64,000 bases of DNA from Eledone cirrhosa. Its lineage: Eukaryota. The DNA is taken from positions 59,954,001 to 60,018,000 of the forward strand of contig OZ024744.1 in NCBI GenBank assembly GCA_964016885.1, written 5' to 3'. Of this stretch, positions 27,346 through 40,410 are shown in pieces. Made by a program: the position numbers and the translations under genes. Within the stretch, counting starts at the first letter, position 1; the number at the start of each line of letters is the position of its first letter. Under the pieces are notes generated by a model, which saw nothing but the letters and a program-made list of their open reading frames with translations, was not told where the DNA came from and did no database searches.

Positions 27346-28960
27346 TTCGGGCCCGTTTTTAGAGGCTGGAAAGCTGCAATGCACAGCGAAATCTGCTCGA
27401 TTGTGAGGGTGAATGATCATCTGTCGCAGCCTTTCAACATCATGCACTCGGTCCGTCCCTCATGTACGTACTGGCCCTCGAGCCGTTACTGCACAAATTG
27501 GAGACGATGAGAGGTGTCCCACACGAACTGGGATGCGGGAGATCCGTGTCAGCTTACGCCGACGATGTCACCGTGGTGGTGTCGAGCACCAAACACGTCC
27601 AGATGCTCGGCACCGCTCTCAAGAAATACGAAGCGGTGACAGGAGCTACGATACACCAGGAAAAATCGGTGGGCTTGCAACTCGGCACCTGGAGAGGCAA
27701 GTCCGTGCCGTCCGACAGCGTCGTGGGGCGAGGTGACGAGCGAGGTGGCCTCTCTCACCCAGAAATGGGCCGAGAGGAGGCTGTCTGTGAAAGGTCGGGC
27801 GGAGGTGGCGAATGCAAAGATCGCGTCCGTCATCTGCTACCACCTGACCGTCGTACATTTCCCCCGCCCAACTCTGACCAAAATGGAGCGCCTTCTCTTT
27901 TCTCTTCCGCTTTTTGTGGAAGGGACGTGCTCCCATGATCAGACGATCCATTTGCTGTCAACACCCGTTTCGTGGAGGATTAGGCATTCCGTAGCTGATG
28001 ATGCGCAAACATGCGCTGACGCTGCGATATCTCTGGTGCTTCCATGATGGTGAACAGGTGAGGTCGCCGTTTGCCAATCGCGCTTTCCCCAGCTCATCTC
28101 CTTGACGGAGCTGCAGTCCTGGATCAGAAAAAGACCGAGGGATAGCGCTTGGAAGCTGGAATGTCTCCAAGCGCTCACCGCCCTCTACCAGCTGGCGTTC
28201 TATAGAGGGCTAGTGGAGGGAAAGAGCGACGACGTTCTCGGGGAGACCCTGGGCATCGAAGACGATCAGCTGTTCGCTCTCTTCAAGAGAACTTTCAGAC
28301 TGGGCCCTGTGGACAACTTCCAGAAATCCAAGGCTGGCAGTGCCACCGTGGAGCGTTGCCTGTTCGGTATAAGCTCTACAGGCACGAACGTGCTGTCAAC
28401 CGAGCCTGTCCGAGATGCGCACATGGCGACGAAACCGTCCTGCACGCACTCGTTCAGTGCCCGAGGATTGCTGACTTGTGGAGCTATGTCGAACAGCTGT
28501 TGTCGCGTGTAGGGCGGATCCGGTTATCGACTGAGTCCATTGTGCAGATAGCCCCGCCATCCTCCTTTAAAGAGGAGGAAGGGCAGGCAGTTTTCACCTG
28601 CCTGGTGGTCATGGCGAAAGAGATTGTGTGGTGGACAAGGCTGAAAGGGTGAAGACTTTCACTTTCATCTTCGGCCAATCCCTGATTAACCTTTTCAAGT
28701 TTCACTTGAAGAGGAAAATCAGGGTGGTGAGGCAAGTGCTGTCTTCTAGTAAGTTTGTTGAAAGGTGGGTGAAAGTGGTGAGTCTGGTCCGAGTGAACAG
28801 GCCCACTCTGAGTATACGCCTGTAGACTGAGGAGTGGGAAAACTGAGAGAGGGCGCTTGCTCTGGTGGTCAGGGTGGCCGTGGTCTTTTGTGTGGTTTTC
28901 ACGAGTGACCCTCGGAGGTTTCCTCCTTTTTGGGGAATTTTTGTTGTTTGAATTTTATAT
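27346..28960 (+). mobile_element. Tx1/L1-clade element 3 (RT to 3'UTR, degenerate)
   Basis: SAYADDVT; CPRC...ETVLHALVQC zinc knuckle; ends TLSIRL*. Confidence 0.9.
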
Positions 28961-29231
28961 AATCTCTACTGTCCCTAAGACCTCAGCGCCACCTGGGGGG
29001 GGGGGGGGGGGTTAGCACCCACTTTCAAAACCTCTGTCCTACACTGATATCCTAACAAGAATTAGAGGTCTCTCACTCCCGATAGTCTAACCGCGCGCTC
29101 GGCACCAAACTGTGTATGTGCATGTCTCCATACACACATACACACATACATACATACATACATACACACATACATACATACATACATACATACATACATA
29201 CATACATACATACATACATACATACATACAT

Positions 29232-29410
29232 GGTGGCTGCCAACTCGTTTTCGAGTACGGCCACTACTTTATATCCATGTAGGAGAACCCCTACCGATGC
29301 GCTGAACGAGTGTGACGTTTTAGTCCAGCCAGCGACTTGAAAACTCTGGTACAAACACTACACTTGTGACAATTATTGACATATAGTGCTTTGCCTTTGG
29401 TACCATGTGA
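29232..29410 (-). mobile_element. Bipartite RTE-derived element family 1, 3' fragment
   Basis: Reverse complement of ~15465-15642; (CATA)n on both sides. Confidence 0.88.
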
Positions 29411-29413
29411 CAT

Positions 29414-29450
<37 letters not shown>

Positions 29451-29500
29451 TACATGCATACATACGTACGTACGTATGTATCTTTGTGTGTTTCTGTGTC

Positions 29501-29541
<41 letters not shown>

Positions 29542-29893
29542 ACAGGCGTATATACACGCTATTAAATGACGGTGGAATCAATGGAATCCATCTACTTTTT
29601 GACAGATGTTCTATTTAATGGTGTTCTTGTTGGTGTTCTTGTTGATGTTGTTGTGTATGCTTTAAGTGTGTTTGTGCGTGTTATTGTGTATGTGTGTGTA
29701 TGACATAAAGCAGTCAGAGATAGACTAAGCGACAGAGAGACAAACAGCCAGACATGCAGGCAGACAGACAGACAGACGGACTGACGGACAGACAGACAGA
29801 CGAAGAGATAAATAGTTAAGTAGATAGTTGGGTATGTATAAATAAAAAGAAAAAAATAAGTGAAGGGACGCAACTCTGCTCAACAGTCTACAC

Positions 29894-30201
29894 CAGGTAT
29901 AGGCAACTTATTTCGAGAAGTGGGCCGCATGAGATATAGTTCATCACCAGGCGGGCCGCAAGCACTAATTTACATTCATGTCCACATAAAAAAAAGGACT
30001 GTAACTCAGGTTGTTTTGATTTGTTTCTTCAGAATTCGTACACGCTGTTTTCCTCGATCGTAAAAATGATAGAAAGATAAATTACGACTGAAAAGTTGGG
30101 GTAAAAAAATCGGAAAGCTTTCACTTAGGTGACTTAGGCGAGCCATCCAGAAAGCTTCGCGGGAGGCATGCGGCCCATGGGCCTCTGATTGCCAATGACT
30201 G
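29894..30201. mobile_element. hAT/Charlie-like MITE
   Basis: Imperfect TIRs caggtataggcaa / ttgccaatgactg; internal gggccgca/tgcggccc motifs. Confidence 0.55.
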
Positions 30202-30330
30202 GTTTGCCATGCAAACATAATCGTCTACAAGTATGTATGTACTGTAGTATGTATGTATGTATGTATGTATGTATGTATGTATGTATGTATGTATGTATGT
30301 ATGTATGTATGTATGTATGTATGTATGTAT

Positions 30331-30917
30331 GTACAACCTATCGCATGGTCGGGTCGTCGGCGACTAAACCGGCAACCCCGCCAAGTTTACTTGGTGAGGA
30401 GGGCGATTTTGGACACCCTGCAGGACAAAAAACAAAACCTGACAAAGGGCGGAAGAACTCATAAGAGTCAACGGCCACCCAAAAGTGTGTAAATATGTAT
30501 ATACACATGTACATATGTATGTATATGTATAAGTGTATATACATGGGTGCATGTGTATGTATATACGCGGAGATATAGAAATCTTGGGTTGGACACCGGA
30601 TCGCGCTGTTAAACCACTGGGAGTGAAGGACCCCTAGCCTTCGTCACGGCATTCTTCTAGAAGGCAACTCAGGAAACTGGGATAACTCCGATATAAAACC
30701 TGGGGCTCAGTAGTTATCGATGATATTGATCTTTTCTTCTTTCCCGGTTATAGCTACTGTCGCTCAGAGTGGGATTGGCTCAGTGCACAGTCTTTCCTCA
30801 CTTTAAAAAATATCTTCATGCACAGGCATTGCACGATAGAATTAATAAATAATTATTCATAATGGTATAATGTGCAATGGCCATACCCGATAATGAGGGG
30901 GCAGCCATCATCATCAT
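30331..30917 (+). mobile_element. Bipartite RTE-derived element family 2
   Basis: Diverged homolog of the family 1 leader; ends gagggggcagccatcatcatc then (TATG)n; preceded by (TATG)n. Confidence 0.75.
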
Positions 30918-31010
30918 GTGTGTATGTATGTATGTATGTATGTATGTATGTATGTATGTATGTATGTATGTATGTATGTATGTATGTATGTATGTATGTA
31001 CGTATGTGCG

Positions 31011-31447
31011 TTCTTCTGGTTTTATAATTTCAGAAATTTTTGCCAATAGAGAGAGAGTTGGTTTCTAACATAAACACAAGACTCTCTCATTGGAATTTAC
31101 ACAACATTAACTAGGTAGGTATGTCTGCATGCCTGCATGCATGCATGTGTGTGCAGGTATGGATGTTATTGTATGTGTGGATGTGGATGTGGATGTGTAT
31201 ATTTAGAGGCAGACATTTTGGAATATTTTACATATTTTTACTGTTCCATTAATGGATTGTACTTGTAGTTTCCTAACTAGTTGTGTTCTTTCTATTTCTG
31301 TGAAACCCAGTTTCTCAAGATTTGTATTGAGACAGTTACTAACATACCCCAGTGCCCCAATAATCACAGGCATAAATCTGATGGTGTAATCAGGGTGGAG
31401 TATCTGTAGATTAATCATCAGTTCTGCTTAAATATTCTCCTTTTCTT
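31011..31447 (-). mobile_element. R4/Dong family B, 3' fragment
   Basis: NLQILHPDYTIRFMPVIIGALGYVS; 3'UTR matches 60835-61057; ends in (ACAT)n. Confidence 0.88.
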
Positions 31448-31545
31448 AACTTGTGTTAGGAGTTCAATGCAGACAGTCTACTATCTGCATTGAACACATA
31501 ACACTAAGTTCATATGTCGATATGTCATTATCTTTAAACCAAATA

Positions 31546-31886
31546 GGCGGTGGATTGGCAGAATTGGTAGAGGGCCGGACGCCATGCTTTGCAGCATAGA
31601 GTTACGCCCCTTTACGATCTGATTTCAAATCCCGCCGAGGTTAACTTTGCCTTTCATCCTTAAGGGGTTGATAAAATAAAGTAATGCACTGGGATAATTG
31701 CTGGCCTTGTGCCAAAAATAGAAACAATTATCTTTAAACCAAATAACATATAATATTTGGTTTAAAGATAATTGTTTCTACTTTTGGCACAAGGATAGCA
31801 ATTACCCAGTACATAAAGTACCAGTAATGCACTGGTTAATTGCTGGCCTTGTGCCAAAAGTAGAAACAATTATCTTTAAACCAAAT
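31546..31886. mobile_element. SINE family 1 cluster (full + copy and inverted 3' fragments)
   Basis: Target sequence attatctttaaaccaaata at about 31528, 31727 and 31869, and inverted at about 31755. Confidence 0.85.
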
Positions 31887-32105
31887 ATTATATGTTATCT
31901 GATGAAAGCGTACCAACATACTGGTACCCTTGAAATATGTATAATAAAATAAATATGTTTTTATAAGGATATTTTCCATTTATTAATATTATTGATATAT
32001 ATATATATGTGTGTGTGTGTGTGTAGATAGATAGATAGATACACATACATACATACATACATACATACATACATACATACATACATACATACATACATAC
32101 ATACA

Positions 32106-32137
<32 letters not shown>

Positions 32138-32139
<2 letters not shown>

Positions 32140-32544
32140 GTTTGGGACCACACATTGAAAACGTGTTCTGTTGTGGAGATCAGCTGCCCACTTGATGTAA
32201 ACGTTGTCGGAGAAATACAGGAGAAGGAGGACATCTACGGACCATTGATGAGGAGTTTACAAATCCAGTATCCAAGATACACCTTTAGCTTCATACCCAT
32301 CATTATTGGTGCAACGGGTTATATACCAACCCGCTTGGACCAAAGTATGACTGAACTTGGATTTGCGGACAAAAAGCGCAGCTCCCTAATTCATAGTCTG
32401 CAAATGGCTGCGATAGCTGGCACCTTCAAAATTTGCAAAACATTCTTGTGATTCAAGGGATGACAATTTCTTTTCTTTTACAACCTTGCCACCAGGAAGG
32501 TGGCCGGTCAAAAAAATATACTCGAAATTAAGAGAAAGAGAAAA
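32138..32544 (+). mobile_element. R4/Dong family A, copy 5 (3' fragment)
   Basis: KTCSVVEISCP...KICKTFL; (CATA)n on both sides. Confidence 0.93.
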
Positions 32545-33075
32545 CATACATACATACATACATACATACATACATACATACATACATACATACATACATA
32601 CATACATACATACATACATACATACATACATACATACATACATACACACTTGTAGCCAATTGTATCATGTAGACTGTTGTACAGAGTTGTGTCCCTTGAC
32701 TTTTTTCCTTTATATTTTTAAATGAAGGTATGTTAACTTTCAGTTATCCTTATTCAGAAGGATTGCGGGGTTTAAATATCCAACAAAGGTGGTTATGCCT
32801 CAGTATAGCTGTAATCCAACGCCTGACACCAGGCTTTTGAGAAAAGGCCATCTGAAATAACCACGTTAGGTTAACAGAAAATAAATCCAGGAATTTATTA
32901 TTATTTATTAATTTATTTATTAAGTGATTACTTAACAAAAAGGGAGACTACTAAGATGCATTTATTTTTCGCTATTTCTGAGAATTGACAATGAAGCAAG
33001 GGAGGTAACACTTTTAACACCTCCTTCCTATAGTATAGGCGTGTGAATGAGTGTATATGTGTATGGATACATATA

Positions 33076-33397
33076 CAGTAGAACCTCGGTTCAAACTTAT
33101 TCGTTCCTGAAGGTCGTTCGTCACATGAAATGTTCGTAAACCGAAACTTTATTTTCATACGGAATGTTGAGAGAGAAATACAGTGAGAGAGAGATTGTGT
33201 GTGAAAAACAGATAGATATTCCCATAGTAACTAACTAAATAGCAAGAGACGCTTTACCACCGATACTCCAAGCTTGTTGCCAATTGTTGTTACCAGTTTG
33301 CGTGTTCGTTATTCGAGACACCGTTCCTGAACCGAGACGTTGTGTGTTCGGAAAAATTGTTCTTGATGAAAGGCGTTCGTGGACCAAGGTTCCGCTG
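33076..33397. mobile_element. Tc1/pogo (Tigger-like) MITE
   Basis: TA|cagtagaacctcggttc ... gaccaaggttccgctg|TA. Confidence 0.75.
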
Positions 33398-33480
<83 letters not shown>

Positions 33481-33483
<3 letters not shown>

Positions 33484-33972
33484 ACGTCGCTCTACGGCGT
33501 TACTGGTAACATGTAACCGAGTACAATCCGTTCATGGTCAGGTCGTCGGCGACTAAATCAGAAACGCCACCCAGTTTGCTTGGTGGGGAGGAGGATTTTG
33601 GACAACCTGCAGGATGGAAAATGAGACCCGTCAAAGGGTGAAGGAACTCATGAGAGTTAACAGCCATCCAATAATTTTTTTTTGTGTGCTTCGAGAGACC
33701 CCCTAGTCTTCATTAAGACATCTCTACAGGTGAAGGTCATACTAATATAAAACCTACGACTTGGTTTGTATCCACTGATGTAGACTAGTTTTATTTTTGG
33801 GGTAAATTCGATGTTCAGAGAGTGGGATTGGCCCCGTGCAAAACCATTCCTCACTTAAACAAGCTTCAAGAACGGGCATTGCTTGATAAATAACATTGCT
33901 GGCCATGGGGAAGTTCCTGGCGGGACTAAAAAGCCACGTCCATTTTGTTCATATAAATCGAGTTGCAGCCAT
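33481..33972 (+). mobile_element. Bipartite RTE-derived element family 3
   Basis: Homologous leader; 3' end gcgggactaaaaagccac...cgagttgcagccatc; preceded by (TG)n. Confidence 0.72.
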
Positions 33973-34699
33973 CATATATATATTTTATTTTTTTCCGAGG
34001 TTTTTGATATGAAATCGTGTGTCGAAACAAATATTGTTATACTTGGGGAGGGTCATATTTGTGTAATAATATTGCCAGAATTAATAACAGAACACACTCA
34101 CTGTTTGGTTGGTTTTCGCTTCAGTATCTTTTATATCTCCACAGTTAATTCATTCGGTCCTCAATGTTTACCATTGACTGACCAACGGTCAAAAATACAG
34201 ATATAATATAGATATAAACACATATATATAGTCTAACAAAGTTCTTTCGTTGCACATCTGCAACATCATCAGTGGTACTATTATGTTCCTCCTGTTGTAT
34301 TGAATATCTACGCCATTTTTATTTTATCTGTTTATTTATTTATTTATTTATTTTTGTCTTCTCTGCGAATGCGTTTGCGTGTGTGTATAGTGTTTGGTGT
34401 ATGTTCGCGTTTGGGTGACTGTGTTTTGGTTATTGTATTCTATCTTAGTTTACTAGTGTGTGATTATATGTGTTTGTTGTTATTGTGCTTGTGTATATAT
34501 TCATTTATTTATTTATATTTCTCTTAAGTCAGTATTGTTTGTTTGGGTGTTGTTTATATTCCATTCATTTTTTCTGTTTAGCTTTGGCCTTCTAAGCTCT
34601 ATTTCTCTGGCCTCTCTGATTTGCCTACCTGCTGGGTCATTTCTATGTTCAGATGAACTGGGCCTCCTTCTTAGACTTACCTAAGACACCGACTACCTA

Positions 34700-36210
34700 G
34701 ACAGTCATGACCTTAGCCGTTTCTGCCCCAGTAGACCCATAAGGAGTAGACCTCCCACCATAACCTCAATGGCAAAAACGACTCCATGGGAAGGTGGATT
34801 GGGTGGACCAAAGCCACACGGACCCCCCGAAACAATGATCAGGTAAGAAAAATGGTCGCGCATGCAATAGGGGCTAGTATTAAAACTACCATAACGGGCC
34901 ACATATTCAAATTCAACGAGAAGATCTACACCCAAATGGGGGAACAGCCATTGGCGTCAGCATAGCTGGTGACGTTGCCAACCTTTTTATGGTGTGGTGA
35001 GAAAGGAGACTCAAAGATCTCCTTGATGAGAGCTCCATAGACCTCATCATGTACTCTCGTTACGTAGACGGTATTAATATAGTAATAAGGGCACCCCCAC
35101 AAGAGAGTACTACCAAGTATGATTTAGAACGTAGCACAATGGAAAGCATCCAGCAGATAGCTAACTCCATACACCAGAGTATAACTGTAACTATCGACTA
35201 CCCTTCCAAACACCCTAACTGTAGACTACCTGTATTAGACATGGAACTCTGGATTAACACTATAGACGAGAGGGCCCACATTCTCCACTCAGACTACGCT
35301 AAACCCATGGCTTCCAAATACCTGATATTCAAAAACTCAGCAATGTCCAGTAGTGCTAAGTTTAATATTCTGATCGCAGACTTGGTACGAGTGATGAAGA
35401 ACGTGTCCCGCATGTGCGACCCAACAGAAATGGAAAGACACATCCAACACTTCATAAACCGCATGCAGTTCTCTGGCTACAACCAAAGAGACAGAATCAG
35501 AGTATACAAAGGAGCCACAGAGAAATATAAGACCCTCTTAGAACTGGACATGAAAGAAATTTTCCCATTATACAGGAGCAAATCATGGAATAGCTTATAT
35601 AGGACTAAACATAAGATAGGGAAAGACACCTCGTGGTACGACAACCAGAGATACCAGAGTGTCATGTTCGTGGACGCTACCCCTGGAAGGAAATTAGCTA
35701 ACCAATGTAGAAAGGCCCTGAGAAAGACCCACTTAAAGATTAAAATGGTAGAAAAGCCAGGAACTACCATAAAATCCCTGATAAGCAAAACATACCCTTT
35801 TAAGGAAACCCACTGTACTAATAGGAAATGTATTATATGTAAAGTAAACTCCCAGATAAACTGTAAAACTAGAAACGTAGTCTATAGCATAAGATGTACA
35901 GAGCGCACTTGCAGAAACATAACAACAACATACAGAGGCGAGACAGTTCGTAGCATAGGAGAAAGGATAGACCAACACTAGGGGGAACTAAAAGGACGAA
36001 AAAACGGTTCAGTACTATAAGAACACGCCAGACAACAACATGATGGTAACATAGACAACAAAGAAATTAAAATAATATCTAAACATAGAAATGACCCAGC
36101 AGATAGACTAATCAGAGAGGCCAGTGAAATAGAACTTAGAAGGCCAAAGCTAAATAGAAAAAATGAATGGAATAACAACAACACCCAAACAAAAAATACT
36201 GACTTAAGAG
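34700..36210 (+). pseudogene. Penelope RT/GIY-YIG coding remnant (longest frame 35049..35981)
   Basis: YVDG instead of YVDD; stops at ~34998 and 35979; upstream frameshifts. Confidence 0.85.
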
Positions 36211-36444
36211 AAATATAAATAAATAAATAAATATATACACAAGCACAATAACAACAAACACATATAAACACACACTAGTAAACTAAGATAGAATATAATA
36301 ACCAAAACACAGTCACCCAAACGCGAACACACACCAAACACTATACACACACACAAACGCATGCGCAGAGAAGACAAAAATAAATAAATAAATAAACAGA
36401 TAAAATAAAAATGGTTAGATATACAATACAACAGGAGGAACATA

Positions 36445-36498
36445 ATAGTACCACTGATGATGTTGCATATGTGCAACGAAAGAACTTTATTAGACTAT
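36445..36498 (+). ncRNA. Hammerhead-like motif in pLTR (inverted copy 34228-34281)
   Basis: acca-CTGATGA-t-gttgca(tatg)tgcaac-GAAA-gaac-TT; distal stem I atagt/actat. Confidence 0.65.
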
Positions 36499-36919
36499 AT
36501 ATATATGTGTTTATATCTATATTATATCTGTATTTTTGACCGTTGGGTAGTCAATGGTAAACATTGAGGACCGAATGAATTAACTGTGGAGATATAAAAG
36601 ATACTGAAGCGAAAACCAACCAAACAGTGAGTGTGTTCTGTTATTATTTTCGGCAATATTATTACAACAATATGACCCTCCCCAAGTATAACTATATATA
36701 TATATATATTTGAAAAAAGGAAAAGAATGACTTCACTTGTAGTTCTAAACAATTTGATTTAATTTTATAATATTATAATATTATGAGTTGGTAGATCTAG
36801 TAAGTTCTTTGTTAACTTCGGTGGAAAGATTTTTAAAGATTCCTAGTTAAATTTCCTGGAGAGCTTTCTCGCATTCGTCGATGGCGATTGTCAAATTGTT
36901 GACAATTGCCAAATTGAAA

Positions 36920-37345
36920 ATTAGAATTGGTGCTCTGAAATAGCGATATATATATGAATGTATATATAGTATATTTTGCAATACACTGTATGCTTAATTA
37001 AAAGCATTTTGAAGACCTTACACTATTGTTTTAATTAAGCATACAATTCTAATTTTCAATTTTTGATGGACCAGCAACCGCTCTGTATAATCAGTTCCTG
37101 ATTATTACTGGAATTCTATAAGAATCCAACATTCATAATTTTCGGCAAACAGGAGGAGTGGTGAGCTTTGATAAGTACCAACAAGTACCAACAAGCACGA
37201 AACAGAGCTCTGTCAGCTTATCTCCCCTGTTTGCTGAAAATTGAAGTAAGTGACATTGTCGCTACTTTAAAACAATAGCGTAAGGTCTTCAAAATGCTTT
37301 TAATTAAGCATACAGTGTATTGCAAAATACACTGTATATACATTC
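36920..37345. mobile_element. Rearranged repeat with internal inversions, homologous to 2825-3140
   Basis: Shared ttccagtaataatcaggaactgatta and ctactttaaaa...atagcgta.ggtcttc; 36945-37025 is inverted at 37275-37355. Confidence 0.6.
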
Positions 37346-37372
37346 ATATATATATATATGAATGTATATACA

Positions 37373-37414
<42 letters not shown>

Positions 37415-38009
37415 ATGCAACTTGATTTATATATATATATGCATGTGTATAAATCTATACAAACATATGTATGTGTGTGTGTGTACGTCTGTCTGGCTGT
37501 CTATGTGTATGTGCATGTAAAATGTAAACAAAAATAACAAAGCAAACGATACAGCACATTAAAGAAATATATTAGTTTAATGCTTGAAATAACAGGAAAA
37601 GAGGGTTAACGTTTCGGACACTAGTCCGTCATCAGAAGACAGAATTATAAATAAAAGATAAAATAGAAAGATAAAGCGTGTAAAGAGGAAGGGACGGGGT
37701 AAAACGTGAAAAAATCGCTCGTGGGTATTCAGTCGGCCATTTGAGAGATTTGCTGGTGAAGGGTTATTTTACGCGTTAGAGAGGTTTACGAAGGAAGATA
37801 ATCATTGTATATTTTGGAGTGGACATGTGTGTACGCTTGCGCATGCGTGCGTGCATGTCTGTGCGCGTGTATGCGTGTTCGTATGTTTGAAGGATGGGCA
37901 TTAGTTCGTGACAGGCTGGCTGCTTTGAGAGTGCTGTTGTATGAGTGAGCGTGTATCGTAAACTGACCACAGTAGGGCGGGGTACGATAATATATATGAA
38001 TTTCTACAT

Positions 38010-38800
38010 ATACACAACTAACAACTAGTTATCGCTCTACATGGCTGAATACAATAAATGTAATTTGAGTTTTCCGAATATTAATAATTGTTTCTACTTT
38101 TGGCACAAGGCCAGCAAAACACCTAGTGTATTACTGGTACTTTATTTTATCGACCCCGTAAGGATGAAAGGCAAAGTTAACCTCGGCGGGATTTGAACTC
38201 AGAGTGGCAAGGGTCGTAACTCTATGCGTCAAAGCATGGCGTCCGACCCTCTACCGATACTTTTCCGAATATTAATAATAACATTCGATTCGTTTTTAAA
38301 GCCTTTTTAAAGCCATGTCATTCTTGCTCTTGTGTTGACATGTAAACAGAATTGCAGACATTAATGTTTCTGGGTGATTACTCTTCATCAGAGCTAGTGA
38401 AAATATATGATATTTTCTGAAATATACAGTGACTGAAATTTACATGGCTTAAAAGAGGCTGTTTGCATAATTGCAAACAAATCGAATATTAGTATTAATA
38501 TAATATTCGAAAAACTCAGATTAACATTTATTATATGCAGCCATGTAGAGCGATAACTAGTTGTTAGTTATTTGAATATGGCAAAGCTTGCCATTAATCA
38601 TTTGTATACATGAAACTGACTGGCTTATCTGCTGATATGCAAATCTGGCTGATCAATGGGTCTGCTAATATGCAAATCATGCCGATCAGCCACTGTATAT
38701 TTCAGAAAATATCATTTATTTTCACTAGCTCTGACAGTTGGCAAGTAAATAGCAAACTGCACTGATGAAGGGTAATCACCCAGAAACATTAGTAGTGTCA
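38010..38800. mobile_element. Penelope-like fold-back remnant with SINE insertion (38086-38261, TSD ttttccgaatattaataa)
   Basis: Inverted blocks 38015-38085 vs 38495-38570; hammerhead-like motifs at 38756-38796 (+) and 38360-38395 (-). Confidence 0.65.
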
Positions 38801-38904
38801 GATTACATTTACATTTACATATACATATGCAGAGGTAGATGTGTGTTGGGTGCTATATATGGATGTTGTAAATGTGGGTGGAGTTGTTTGTGTGTGTGTG
38901 TGTG

Positions 38905-38970
<66 letters not shown>

Positions 38971-38993
38971 CGTGTGTGTGTGTGTGTGTGTGA

Positions 38994-39081
<88 letters not shown>

Positions 39082-39194
39082 AAGGATTGAAATATATCAT
39101 ATACACATATAACTAGCTTATACACACAGCTTATAAAAATCGTCTTGCCGTCTAAATAAGCAGCTGAATCAAATAGCTTTTGAAAATATAAACA

Positions 39195-39358
39195 AACGTC
39201 GTATGTGAGGCTCGAATTTTCGAACTTACTAAGCGCAGAGGAAATAAATTTATAAGTTGGAGGAAGCTCAAAAGTAGAAAATAACTTTAATTGCAGTTAT
39301 GAATTTATTTGTTCGGCACTTAGTACATTCGAAAATATGAGCCTTACATATGACGTTT
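39195..39358. repeat. Imperfect inverted repeat / MITE-like hairpin
   Basis: aaacgtcgtatgtgaggctcgaattttcgaa... vs ...ttcgaaaatatgagccttacatatgacgttt. Confidence 0.7.
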
Positions 39359-39399
39359 ATATATAGTTGTGCCCTCATCAATAAATCTAAAATTGAATG

Positions 39400-40410
39400 A
39401 CTTGACTATTCAATCTCTAGAGTCAGGTTATAACTTTAAGTATGTTAGATAAGACGAGAATGTCAGATATGATGGACCCATAAATAAGAGGAAAACCAGG
39501 AATGAATACCTCAGAAGCCTAAAGAGAATATGGTCATCAGAACTCTCTGCACAACAAACAGATCACCCACAATACTTTTGCTGTTCCCATGCTAATGCCG
39601 ACATTTGGCCTTCTGAACCTCTCATTATAAGAACTGAGCGAAATGATGTAAAGACTCACAAGCTGCTCAGCGTTACTGGAAACTTTAACATCAATGATGA
39701 TTTGGATAGGCTATATTTCTTATGCAGGGGCCTAAAATCCACAGCATACGAAATCCGTATAGGAACACTGAAACAACATCTTCAACAGAAGAAAAAATCA
39801 GCAGCCATCTTGGCCAAGTTTATGAGCATGAAAATAATATTGTTAGGATAGCCACTGATCTAGAAGAAAAACAGGAAATAAAATGATACAAATGTTTCTC
39901 CCATGAACTTTGGAAGACTCTACTTAATGTTCGAACATTTAAAAAAAAATAGAGTATTTCACTGAGAAGGTTGTATATGGGTACTTGAGACGATAAACAC
40001 AGACCATATATAAACCATGGATAAATTATATTAAAAGCCTGACATGGAGTTTTGACAAGTTCATAATATCCTACTGTGAAGGATATCTCCCTGCAATCCA
40101 GGAACAAGAAATCCCCACCAAGTACCTACTGCACAAAAAAGGAAGGACATCAGTTGACAATAAATGTTGGCTGCAAAAAAGAAAGATTGAAGATGTTAGC
40201 CACATTATTGTCAACCGTGAAATAATTGTTTCTACTTTTGGCACACGGCCAGCAATTACCCAGTACATTACTGGTACTTTATTTTATCGACCCCGTAAGG
40301 ATGAAAGGTAAAGTTAACCTCGGCGGGTGTCTTCTTGTTACTACCTCCCCATAAGGCATGATATGATAGCTAGAACGACCTGGAATGCATTACGGAAGAC
40401 AAAAATAGAA
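39400..40410 (+). pseudogene. Older decayed R4/Dong family A-related fragment, SINE at 40222-40328
   Basis: DENVRYDGPINK, IWSSELSA, QEQEIPTKYLLHK, YYLPIRHD. Confidence 0.85.

Larger units (their letters stand above)
33995..36692 (+). mobile_element. Penelope-like element: inverted 5' pLTR, 5'-truncated RT plus GIY-YIG, 3' pLTR
   Basis: 34037-34654 is the reverse complement of 36077-36692; AIGVSIAGDVANLFM, YSRYVDG, LPVLDM, NVVYSIRC...YRGETVRS; hammerhead in each pLTR. Confidence 0.92.
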
